Origin: Macrostomum lignano
Lineage: Eukaryota
Length of the DNA: 64,000 nt
Direction of reading: 5' to 3'
Assembly (NCBI GenBank): GCA_002269645.1
Contig: NIVC01000373.1
Coordinates: 73,641-137,640 of the forward strand
Both the position numbers and the translations under genes were made by a program. Below, piece after piece: positions 34,314-44,327 of this stretch; within the stretch, counting starts at the first letter, position 1; every line of letters starts with the position of its first letter. The notes under the pieces are model-generated. The model was given only the letters and a program-made list of their open reading frames with translations, was not told the origin of the DNA and did no database searches.

Positions 34314-35607
34314 CGAGGGGCATTCAAAAAGTTTTGGCAACTGCATATGCAGATATACTTTGGCTCAAGCAAAACACACTAAATTTTAGGGACATTTTTA
34401 GTAACATGCCTGAGACCACCATATAAATTTTCAGCTCAATGGCTTCACCCAATATTGCACAATTCACACCTAACCATACCTACGTTTCAGCTTCTGACAA
34501 ATTATGGAAAATATCAGCTCAGAAAACGCGCTTCTACATCTTCATGCGCGCACAACTTGGAGAAAACGCCACCAAAATCCATGCCGACTTAGCACAGGTG
34601 ATAGGGGATCAAGCTCCATCTTATCGCACCGTTGCGCGATGGATTGAGGCTTTTGGCGCCGGCAGGAGCAGCCTCAGTGACGACCCTCGATCTGGGAGGC
34701 CGAGCACAGCCGTGACCAAGAGCAACATTGACGCTGTGCAATCGCTGGTGGCTGAGGACCCAAACATTTCTGTTGCCATGCTGAGCCAGACACTTGACAT
34801 ATCTGAGGGCAGCGTTTTAACCATCCTGCATGAGCAGCTGGGGCTCAGGAAGATCACAGCTCGTTGGGTGCCACATCAGCTCACTGAGGAGCAGCGCCAG
34901 GAGCGGGTTCGCTGCAGTCAGGAGTTCTTGCGCTGCTTCACTTCTGGCGGCACCAAGCGCCTCTCTGACATTGTCACCGGTGACGAGAAGTGGTTTTACT
35001 ACTTCCAGGTGCCCAACAAGAGCCAGAACAAGGTTTGGATTGGCGCAGATGAAGAGCGTCCAACAGTTCTGCGATCAGGATTTCGCTCACGCAAGCAGAT
35101 GTTCGTTGTGTTCTTCAGCATCTGTGGCCCAGTAGCTGTTGTCATGGTGCCCAAAGGCCAGAATGTGAACGCCAGCTTCTACACCAGCACTGCCCTGCCA
35201 GCTGTGGAGTCAGGTCGCATCCACCTTCACCATGACAATGCGTCAAGCCATTCTGCGGCGATGACTTCAGCATTTCTGGAGGAGAACCGGCTGAAAACCA
35301 TTCGCCACCCGCCCTACAGCCCGGACTTGGCTCCGTGCGACTTCTGGGCCTTCCCGAAACTGACCGAGAGGCTGGCTGGGCGCCAATTTCAGAGGCCGCA
35401 AGACCTGGCGCGCGCTATCAATTCAGAGTTGAGGGCATTCACTGAATCGGAGTACCGCGGCGCCTTTGATTCGTGGCTACGGAGGCATCAGAAGTGCATA
35501 GAGCGCGGCGGAGACTACATAGAAGGACTGTAAACCCTTACTTTTAGAATAATGAGCTTGCACTAGATTTTAGTAGCCTGTTGCCAAAACTTTTTGAATA
35601 CCCCTCG
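34314..35607 (+). mobile_element. Full-length mariner transposon (1294 bp), 28-bp TIRs, TA TSD
   Basis: TA|CGAGGGGCATTCAAAAAGTTTTGGCAAC ... GTTGCCAAAACTTTTTGAATACCCCTCG|TA (1 mismatch); encloses the transposase ORF. Confidence 0.97.
34439..35533 (+). CDS. Mariner DD34D transposase
   Basis: WVPHQL, IVTGDEKW, HHDNA, YSPDLAPCDF; 34 residues between the second and third Asp (counted). Confidence 0.95.
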   Translation: MASPNIAQFTPNHTYVSASDKLWKISAQKTRFYIFMRAQLGENATKIHADLAQVIGDQAPSYRTVARWIEAFGAGRSSLSDDPRSGRPSTAVTKSNIDAVQSLVAEDPNISVAMLSQTLDISEGSVLTILHEQLGLRKITARWVPHQLTEEQRQERVRCSQEFLRCFTSGGTKRLSDIVTGDEKWFYYFQVPNKSQNKVWIGADEERPTVLRSGFRSRKQMFVVFFSICGPVAVVMVPKGQNVNASFYTSTALPAVESGRIHLHHDNASSHSAAMTSAFLEENRLKTIRHPPYSPDLAPCDFWAFPKLTERLAGRQFQRPQDLARAINSELRAFTESEYRGAFDSWLRRHQKCIERGGDYIEGL

Positions 35608-36092
35608 TATATCGGCGCCATGGTGTGGAAGGCGGACATGAAGGACACCAGCAGCGGCAGGCTGCACACCCGCCAGTGGAAGCGGCCAACTGGCCACCCT
35701 GGCTGAGAATCTTCTCCATCACTGACAGGCGAGCACTCAGCGAGGCTCTGGGTCACACGCGAGCTGCAGCCAGCGTTCAAATAAAAGCATCCCAGCTGCG
35801 CGCCACCCCGGGCACTGCCGCCATTGTGTGGAGCCGGTTCGCTCCAGTCAGCCTTTGATGCTCTCTGGCATTTTCCACTCGGAAAAAAAGCTGCTAGATA
35901 CTACTGCCGCCTGAGCAGCTGGAGCACCCCAGCCATTTTCCACTCTGTTCACCGGTTTTCCACTGGCAATTGAAGCCACTACAAATCCACGATGGACTTT
36001 GAGTTTATCGCCAGCGCATGCGGGACCTTCAACTCGATAAACTGGTACTTGAATTCTGCTTTGTTGGTTGAAATCATCGGGGAAACCCCGTG

Positions 36093-36650
36093 CCAGTCAG
36101 GGGAATCCCCGGTGGCCAGCGACAGGGATTGCCAGTCAGGGGAGCCCCGGTGGCCAGCGACAGGGATTGCCAGTAGGGGAATCCCTGGTGGCCAGCGACA
36201 GGGATTGCCAGTCAGGGGAGCCCCGGTGGCCAGCGACAGGGATTGCCAGTAGGGGAATCCCCGGTGGCCAGCGACAGGGATTGCCAGTCAGGGGAGCCCC
36301 GGTGGCCAGCGACAGGGATTGCCAGTCAGGGGAATCCCCGGTGGTCAGCGACAGGGATTGCCAGTCAGGGGAATCCCCGGTGGCCAGCGACAGGGATTGC
36401 AGTCAGGGGAGCCCCTGTGGCCAGCGACAGGGATTGCCGGTCAGGGGAGCCCCGGTGGCCAGCGACAGGGATTGCCAGTCAGGGGATTCCCCGGTGGCCA
36501 GCGGCAGGGATTGCCAGTCAGGGGAATCCTCGGTGACCAGCGGCAGGGAGTTCCAGTCAGGGGAATCCCCGGTGGCCAGCGGCAGGGAGTTCCAGTCAGG
36601 GGAATCCCCGGTGGCCAGCGGCAGGGATTGCCAGTCGGGAATCCCCGGTG
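36093..36650. repeat. 38-39-bp minisatellite GGGGAATCCCCGGTGGCCAGCGACAGGGATTGCCAGTCA
   Basis: About 14 units. Confidence 0.95.
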
Positions 36651-37028
36651 CCACTGCTGGCCTGCAGCAGGTACATGTAAAGACTCAAAACAAAAACTCT
36701 TTTATTTTGAATTTTCAATAAAAAAGCCGCAGAACTTCGCAGCCCGCAGAGGCCGCTCTCTGATGTATTTAAGTAGCAAATGCAACACAAACGCGAATGC
36801 ACAACAGCAAAATGGCATACATTTAGGAATTCCGCCGACAGTCAAATAGAACTCATTCACGTAGAAGCAGGCAGGTCAAAGCTTTTAAATAATTGAAGAT
36901 AAGCGAGATGCGCATCACCTTTGCTATGGAATAAGGGGAATCAAATGATGAGAATGGGGAACACCATTTGCTATGAAACAGGACATTTTACTGTTAGGGA
37001 ACAGGGGAATCCGCTTTTATAAAACATG

Positions 37029-37232
37029 GGAAATCCCGCTGCTATGGCACGTGGGAAATCCCATTGCTATGGAACGTCGGAAATCCCGTTGCTATGGAAC
37101 GTGGGAATCTTCCGTTGCTATGGAACGTGGGAAATCCCGTTGCTATGGAACGTGGGAATCTCCCGTTGCTACGGAACGTGGGAAATCCTGTCGCTATAGA
37201 ACGTGGGAAATCCCGTCGTTATGGAACAGGGG
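37029..37232. repeat. ~25-bp minisatellite GGAACGTGGGAAATCCCGTTGCTAT
   Basis: About 8 degenerate units 3' of MED27. Confidence 0.9.
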
Positions 37233-37289
37233 AATCCCCTTAGACCAGACAAAATGTACACTTTAAAATGCAGGCCAGAAGCGCTGGAA

Positions 37290-38552
37290 TCAGGCGGCGC
37301 ACACGGCACTCTTGCAGGCCAGGTGATAGACTGGCCGGTCGTCCTTGCGAAAATCGAACCAGGTGGGCGGCAGCTGGTCCCGCAGGATGCGGTCGCAGCG
37401 GGCGCAGCGCTGCATGAAGAGGTTGCGAAAGGCGCAGAGCCACTTGATGAGCAGCTGCAGCAGGCTGGTGCCGCCGCCGCTCTGCCTGCCGGCCACCAGC
37501 AGCTGCAGCAGGCCGGCCGTCAGCTGGCGGAAACAGCGAAAATGGGAGCTCGGCCAGGCCTGGTTGGGCCGGGGCAGCGGCTCGCCGAGGCCCAGCACCT
37601 GCGGGCAGGGGAGAACCCGAAATGCACATGTATATTGCAGGTATACAGCTGAGCACGAATACGGAGCCAGGGGGGGGGATGGATGGGAAAACTCAAGAGG
37701 GGATCAAAGTCTCACCTGAGCCAGGGGGAGCGGGATGAATGGGAAAACTCAACAGGGGATCAAAGCCTCACCTGAGCCAGGGGGAGCGGGATGAATGGGA
37801 AAACTCAACAGGGGATCAAAGCCTCACCTGAGCCAGGGGGAGCGGGATGGATGGGAAAACTCAACAGGGGATCAAAGCCTCACCTGAGCCATCTCAATAA
37901 CCAGGCCCCTTGTGAACAGCAGCACGTGGAAGCAGTCGGTGGTGACGACGGCCAGATTGGTGCAGGGCGACGCGGGCTCTACGGAGACGCTGAGCTGGCG
38001 GTCCGAGTCGCGGTGGTGCCGTTCGCACTGGGTCCGGTAGCTGCGGCTCAGCTCCCGCTCCAGGAAGTTCCGCATCTGCTGCGACTGCGTGGCCAATTCA
38101 CTCTGGCGCCCTCCACCCGACCGGGAGGCGGCGGCGGAGGCGGTGGCAGCGGCGGCGGCCGGGGCGCGGGCGCGGGCGTGCAGGAGGGCGCGGGTGGCCA
38201 GGCCGTCGCGCACCAGGCCGCAGACGTCGGCGCGCCAGCGTTCGCCGAACAACGCCTGGGTTGTGGCGGCGTGCCGCTCCGGGTCGGCGTCAGCCAGCAG
38301 GATGTTGGGGTACAAACTGAGCTGGTCGGGCGGGACCGCCTGCTGGTACTGCTGCCTGGCAACCAGCGCCATCTTCTCGGCCAGCTGGTCCAGGCTCTGC
38401 ACGCTCTCGGCCAGCTTGCGGGCGGTGGCGGCCAGCTGCTCGAAGCCGGACGACCCGGAACCGTCGCTGGCCGGCTGGTGCAGCTGCAGCAGCTCGCCGC
38501 GAAGCTCGCGCACGTGCAGCAGGCTCTGGATGGACAGGTGGCTCAGGCTCTC
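37290..38552 (-). CDS. MED27: Mediator subunit 27; exons 38552..37884, 37598..37290; no genomic ATG identified
   Basis: C-terminal WLCAFRNLF..RCARCDRILRDQLPPTWFDFR..YHLAC zinc site and FHVLLFTRGLVIE region resemble MED27. The frame opens at acceptor CCCGCAG|GAG AGC CTG. Confidence 0.82.
37665..37890. repeat. 56-bp minisatellite in the MED27 intron; each unit contains GCTCAG|GTGAG on the minus strand
   Basis: CTCACCTGAGCC at 37711, 37767, 37823, 37879. Confidence 0.93.
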
Positions 38553-38631
38553 CTGCGGGATGGCGCACAGATTGCCACACAGTGGGGTTCTGATGCTAAT
38601 GCTTGGGACTAAGAATGTGCTACATGGGATT

Positions 38632-39205
38632 CAAGATACTGCTGAGATCCCAGGTGAGTGAGACAGGTATCCTACAGGATGAAGCTGTGAGATACTGCTG
38701 AGATCCCAGGTAAGTGGGATAGGTATCCCACAGGATGAAGATGTGAGATACTGCTAAGATCCCAGGTAAGTGGGATAGGTATCCTACAGAATGAAGCTGT
38801 GAGATACTGCTGAGATCCCAGGTGGGTGGGACAGGTATCCTACAGAATGAAGCTGTGAGATACTGCTGAGATCCCAGGTGGGTGGGACAGGTATCCTACA
38901 TGATGAAGCTGTGAGATACTGCTGAGATCCCAAGTGGGTGGGACAGGTATCCTACAGAATGAAGCTGTGAGATACTGCTGAGATCCCAGGTGGGTGGGAC
39001 AGGTATCCTACATGATAAAGATGTGAGATACTGCTGAGATCCCAGGTGAGTGGGACAGGTATCCTACAGGATGAAGATGTGAGATACTGCTGAGATCCCA
39101 GGTGAGTGGGACAGGTATCCTACAGGATGAAGATGAGATACTGCTGAGATCCCAGGTGAGTGGGACAGGTATCCTACAGGATGATGTGAGATACTGCTGA
39201 GATCC
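38632..39205. repeat. 56-bp minisatellite between TBL3 and MED27
   Basis: GAGATACTGCTGAGATCCCAGGTGAGTGGGACAGGTATCCTACAGGATGAAGATGT, about 10 units. Confidence 0.95.
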
Positions 39206-39338
39206 CGGTAGGATCCGGAACAGCGGAGGCCTGAGCCAGACTAAGAGCCCTAAGCTATCTGCAGAACAAACAAAAGACTTGGCCAAAATTGGACCAGAAT
39301 TCGCGCCCGAATGAATTCAAATCGGGTCAAAAATGCAG

Positions 39339-39344
39339 TTTATT
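39339..39344 (-). promoter_or_regulatory. Candidate poly(A) signal AATAAA for TBL3
   Basis: TTTATT on the plus strand, about 57 nt downstream of the TBL3 stop. Confidence 0.5.
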
Positions 39345-39400
39345 TCATTCGCAGGGTCGCAACTCATGATAAAAGCAAGCAGGCACAGGTAGTGGCATTC

Positions 39401-42400
39401 TCAGGCAGCGGGGTCAGCAGCCAGCAGGCGGATCAGGTGCCGACACGCTGCCAGCTGCTGCGCCCGCCTTTCGTGCCGCTCGGTGAAAGCGAGGAGGGCG
39501 GGCAGGTGGCGCCGCACGGAGGGCCAGGCCAGCAGCTGCTGCGGCGTCCGCACTAGCAGGAGGGCGTGCAGGGCGCACTGCGCCTCGTGGCAGGTGCGCG
39601 AGTTCGAATTCCAGCCGGCGCTGAACTCCAGCAGGCGCTGCTGCAGCGGCTCGTCCAGGCCGCGCACGAGCTCCGGGTCCAGGCGGCCGCAGCCGGAGGC
39701 CGCCACCAAGTCGGCCACGATGCCGCGCGCCCGCGATGGCTGGGCAAGGCTCAGCGCCAGGGCGAGGGCCTCGGCGAGGCGGCCGGAACCAAGCAGATTC
39801 TGAAGGCGCTGCTCGCGCGCCAAAGCGTCAGCGCGGGCTTCAGCGCGCTCGGCAACGGCCTCGGCGGTGGCATCTCGCCAAAGCAGCAGCCGGCCGTCCT
39901 CGCCGCCGGTGAGCCAGTGACCGCCAGAGCCGCTGGTGCCTTCGTCGGTGGCGTCAGCGGCCGGGGCGGCGTCTCCTAGCGAGGCGATGCACCAGGCGCG
40001 GCCGTTGTGGCCCTCCCGGGTGGCCACCGGGGCGCGGTCCCGCACCGACCAGACGCGAACAAGGCCGGACTGCGGGGCGGGGTGGGAGTGGCCGAGGTGA
40101 CAGGGGCGGAGGTGACGGGCGGAGGCGGATGCAGAGGTGGTGACAGGGGCGGAGGCGGATGCAGAGGTGGTGACAGGGGCGGAGGTGGATGCAGAGGTGG
40201 TGACAGGGGCGGAGGCGGATGCAGAGGAGGTGACAGGGGCGGAGGTGGATGCAGAGGTGGTGACAGGGGCGGAGGCGGATGCAGAGGTGGTGACAGGGGC
40301 GGAGGTGGATGCAGAGGTGGTGACAGGGGCGGAGGTGGATGCAGAGGTGGTGACAGGGGCGGAGGCGGATGCAGAGGAGGTGACAGGGGCGGAGGTGGAT
40401 GCAGAGGTGGTGACAGGGGCGGAGGCGGATGCAGAGGTGGTGACAGGGGCGGAGGTGGATGCAGAGGTGGTGACAGGGGCGGAGGTGGATGCAGAGGTGG
40501 TGACAGGGGCGGAGGCGGATGCAGAGGAGGTGACAGGGGCGGAGGCGGATGCAGAGGAGGTGACAGGGGCGGAGGCGGATGCAGAGGTGACAGGGGCGGA
40601 GGTGGATGCAGAGGTGGTGACAGGGGCGGAGGTGGATGCAGAGGTGGTGAAAGGAGCGGAGGTGGCAGGGACGGAGGCGGATGCAGGCGGGTGGCAGGGC
40701 GAATATTCAAACACAGGCAGGCTTGGCGACAAGCTGCACCCAAACTCGCACCTGATCCACTGTGACAAGGTGCTGTGAGCCCAGCCAGTCGAGGTCGTAC
40801 AGCGGGTGGTCACCCTGCAGGCAGCGGTGGCAGCTGAGGTCGCGCAAGTCCCAAACTCTGGCACAGCAGTCGGCGGAGACGCTGGCCAGCAGCTGCTGGT
40901 GCCGGCTGAATTTGACGCTCCAGACGCCCCGCTTGTGGCCGGAGAGCCGCCCGATGGGACGCAGCTTGGGCAGCGACCAGAGCGACACGGACTTGTCCCG
41001 GCTGCCTGCGGCCAGCAGGGTGTCGTTAGGCGACACCGCCAGGCAGTTGACGGCCTTCTCGTGCGGCCTGGTCACCATGGCAACCACGGTCGGCCCGGAG
41101 TCGGTGACGCGGAAGGCTTTGATAACGGGCGTCTCGCAGGCGGAGGCGGCCATATTGCCGTCGGCAGTAGCGGCCAGGGCGGTCACGTGACCCTCGTGGC
41201 CGGGCTCCAGGTCGCCAATGTGGACGGCGCGCACGCCGGCGAGGCTCTGGCCGGCGACCTCGAGGCGGTGAAGGCGGACCCGGCCGCCCTTGGCAGCGGT
41301 GAGAAGGCGGTTGCCGGGCAGCAGCGAGCAGCAGATCAGCGAGTCCAGCTCGCCGTGCAGCTGCAGGGAACGGCAGCGCCAATCAGCGGAGTCGCCCGGC
41401 CGCCACAGGAAGACGCGAAGGAAGGGGCCGGAGTCCGTGGCCAGCAGCAGCCGGGTAGCCGAGGCATCGCCAATTGGCGGGCCCGCCAGCACGCAGGTGA
41501 CCTCGCCGAGGGCGCCGCACCACTCGGCCTCGAGGCGGCCGCTGCCACTGTACAGCTCGACGGAGCCCGCCTGCCTGGCGACCAGCAGGCCGTCGCCCAG
41601 CGTTAGGGCGCACTGCACGCTGCCGGGGGAGTACTCCGCGCTCTCCCCGCCGCCTCCGCCGCCGCCGCTCTGGCCGCCGTCGCCGCGGCTGAGCTCCAGC
41701 AGGCAGCGGCGCCGGCTGCTGCTGAGGTCCCAGAACTTGAGCCGGCCGGACTGGCCGCCAGTCAGCACCAGCCCGCCGGCGACGGCTCCGAGTCCCAGCG
41801 ACTCCGCCAGGCCTGCCGGGGCGCGGATGCAGCACTCCAGACTCTCGTCGGTGGGTACCGTTGCTAGGCGAGAATAATTGCTCAGCTGCCAGACAATTAG
41901 CACCTAAAATGCGAGAAATAGCGACCTTGGACTTAAATTTAGCATACTACTCTTATCTAATAGGTGTAGAATCCTATCCCTGACACCCTAAAACTGATCC
42001 CTGACACCCTAAAACTGATCCCTGACACCCTAACACCTGATCCCTGACACCCTAACACCTGATCCCTGACACCCTAACACCTGATCCCTGACACCCTGAC
42101 ACCTGATCCCTGACACCCTAACAACTGATCCCTGATACCCTGACACCTGATCCCTGACACCCTAACACCTGATCCCTGACACCCTAACACCTGATCCCTG
42201 ACACCCTAACACCTGATCCCTGACACCCTAACACCTGATCCCTGACATCCTAACACCTGATCCCTGACACCCTAACACCTGATCCCTGACACCCTAACAC
42301 CTGATCCCTGACATCCTAACACCTGATCCCTGACACCCTGACACTTGATCCCTGACACCCTAACACCTGATCCCTGACACCCTAACACCTGATCCCTGAC

Positions 42401-43081
42401 ATCCTGAAATCCGATCCCGGACACCAAAACCGGCCTCACCTGATCCCTGCCGCTGGTGACGGCCCAGCCCTCGTCCATCAGGCACAGGCCGGTGACGGCG
42501 CTCTGGTGGCCTTCCAGCGCTCCACTCAGCTCGGCAGAGGTGGCGGACCAAACGCGCACCCGATAGTCATGCCCGTCAGCTGAGAACAGTTGGCCCGCAG
42601 CGAGGCGCAGGAGGCTGAGCAGGCCGGAGTGCCCCCTGCAGGGCCGGGTGTCGCCGTTTCCCCGATCCCACAGCCGCACGGCGCCGTCCGAGCTGCCACT
42701 GGCCAGCCGTCGACCGTCCTCGCTGACGGCCAGCAGGGTGATGGGGCTGCGGTGGAAGCTGCGCCAGGTGCTGCCTGTCTCGCCAGTCTGCCAGTCCCAG
42801 CGGCGCAGCAGCAGCTCCTTGTTGGCCGTGTAGACGGCCGAGTCCGCCGGCGACACCGCGACTGCCGTGACCTTCTCCGTCTGGCCGACGAGCTCCCGAT
42901 GGATGCCGCAGTCTGTGGTGTCCACCACGAACAGCGAGGAGCCGTCCGAGGTGTTGCGCTGGCAGATGACGTGGCGCCCGTCGTGTCCAGCGTGAATCGC
43001 CGACCCCGGCGAGTGGAACGGGCGCAGCTCGGACACCTGACGGAGCTCCACCTCGTCGGGCGGCGAAGATGCTGAAGTCAT
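39401..43081 (-). CDS. TBL3: Transducin beta-like 3 / UTP13 WD40 protein; exons 43081..42440, 41903..40752, 40069..39401 (820 aa)
   Basis: Multiple WD repeats (LASGSSDGAVRLWD, HEKAVNCLAVSPND..SRDKSVSLW, GHKRGVWSVKFS) and a Utp13 C-terminal domain (EQRLQNLL..WNSNSRTCHEAQ..LLAFTERH); exons sum to 2463 nt. Confidence 0.92.
40090..40685. repeat. 30-bp minisatellite GAGGTGGTGACAGGGGCGGAGGCGGATGCA in TBL3 intron 2
   Basis: About 19 units. Confidence 0.96.
41985..42420. repeat. 22-bp minisatellite CTAACACCTGATCCCTGACACC in TBL3 intron 1
   Basis: About 19 units; the minus strand repeats CAGGGATCAG|GTG, the exon 1 donor junction. Confidence 0.95.
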
Positions 43082-43172
43082 GCCGGGCTGATGCTGCATA
43101 AAATAGAAAGCCGGCTGCGTATTGTGGCCGCTCCTCTGCCTGCTCAAAGTGTGAAAATCAGCTGTTGATACT

Positions 43173-43723
43173 GGCTCATAGAGTGGCAATCGGCTACTCC
43201 TACCTGCTCATAGAGTGGCAATCGGCTACTCCTACCTGCTCATAGAGTGGCAATCGGCTACTCCTACCTGCTCATAGAGTGGTAATCGGCTACTCCTACC
43301 TGCTCATAGAGTGGCAATCGGCTACTCCTACCTGCTCATAGAGTGGCAATCGGCTACTCCTACCTGCTCATAGAGTGGCAATCGGCTACTCCTACCTGCT
43401 CATAGAGTGGCAATCGGCTACTCCTACCTGCTCATGGAGTGGCAATCGGCTACTTCTACCTGCTCATAGAGTGACAATCGGCTACTCCTACCTGCTCATA
43501 GAGTGACAATCAGCTACTCCTACCTGCTCATGGAGTGACAATAGGCTACTCCTACCTGCTCATAGAGTGACAATCGGCTACTCCTACCTGCTCATAGAGT
43601 GACAATCAGCTACTCCTACCTGCTCATAGAGTGAAAATCGGCTACTCCTACCTGCTCATAGAGTGACAATCAGCTACTCCTACCTGCTCATAGTGACAAT
43701 AGGCTACTCCTACCTGCTCATAG
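43173..43723. repeat. 32-bp minisatellite CTCATAGAGTGGCAATCGGCTACTCCTACCTG between CDK5 and TBL3
   Basis: About 17 units. Confidence 0.96.
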
Positions 43724-44327
43724 AATGACACAAGGACGCGAACGGTGAATAAGTGTGTGGGCCAGCGGTGCCACCCAGTAGGCATATATGGAAATCGCAT
43801 ATATTTTATATTTAGTAATTCGCAGCATCACGAATCGGTGACCAGCCAAGCTCTGAGAGCGGATCACAGAGTACGCGGGAGGGGGGAGGGCAGGCCGGGC
43901 AAATCGGGCATTCGGATTATGCAATCATTTTGAGAACCTCAGCTGACCTGGCGAGTTGATCCGACAAGGCCAGACAGAGGCAGTGGAACATACCAGAATT
44001 AGTAGCACAACACACGACACCGAATGACTAGAAGCGGTAATTGCAGCAGCAATAGCGCAGTACACTAGCAGCTAAGCCTAGGAGTCAACAGGCTAAACAG
44101 GCATGGCAAAATTCCGTGCAAATCAAAGAAAGGATCTGAAAACAAAGAGCGCATCAATAACCGCGATTTCTCAATTAAAAACAGAATTGCACATTTGTTC
44201 TATACACTCTACTCATAGTAGGCTGAATCAGACAGTAGCAAACTTGCACAATTCGCGATGACTGGAGCATCAATAATGAGCTGGACGGGCCGCGCCAGCA
44301 GAGCCAGGGGGAGCAGAGACCGGAGGC

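Larger units (their letters stand above)
29780..35719 (-). pseudogene. SLC22 paralogue, copy B (pseudogene); exon 1 35719..34288 interrupted by mariner, then 32438..32219, 31927..31824, 31252..30992, 30812..30474, 29858..29780
   Basis: Same exon boundaries as copy A. Lesions: -1 near 35686 ([16 protein letters not shown]), mariner in IYVLYDPP, TGG>TGA at 32261..32263, and no counterparts of exons 6-8. Confidence 0.88.

Noticed and set aside
41985-42420. TTAGGG within the 22-mer as interstitial telomere
   Set aside because: One hexamer per 22-bp unit; the unit is better explained by the splice-donor echo.
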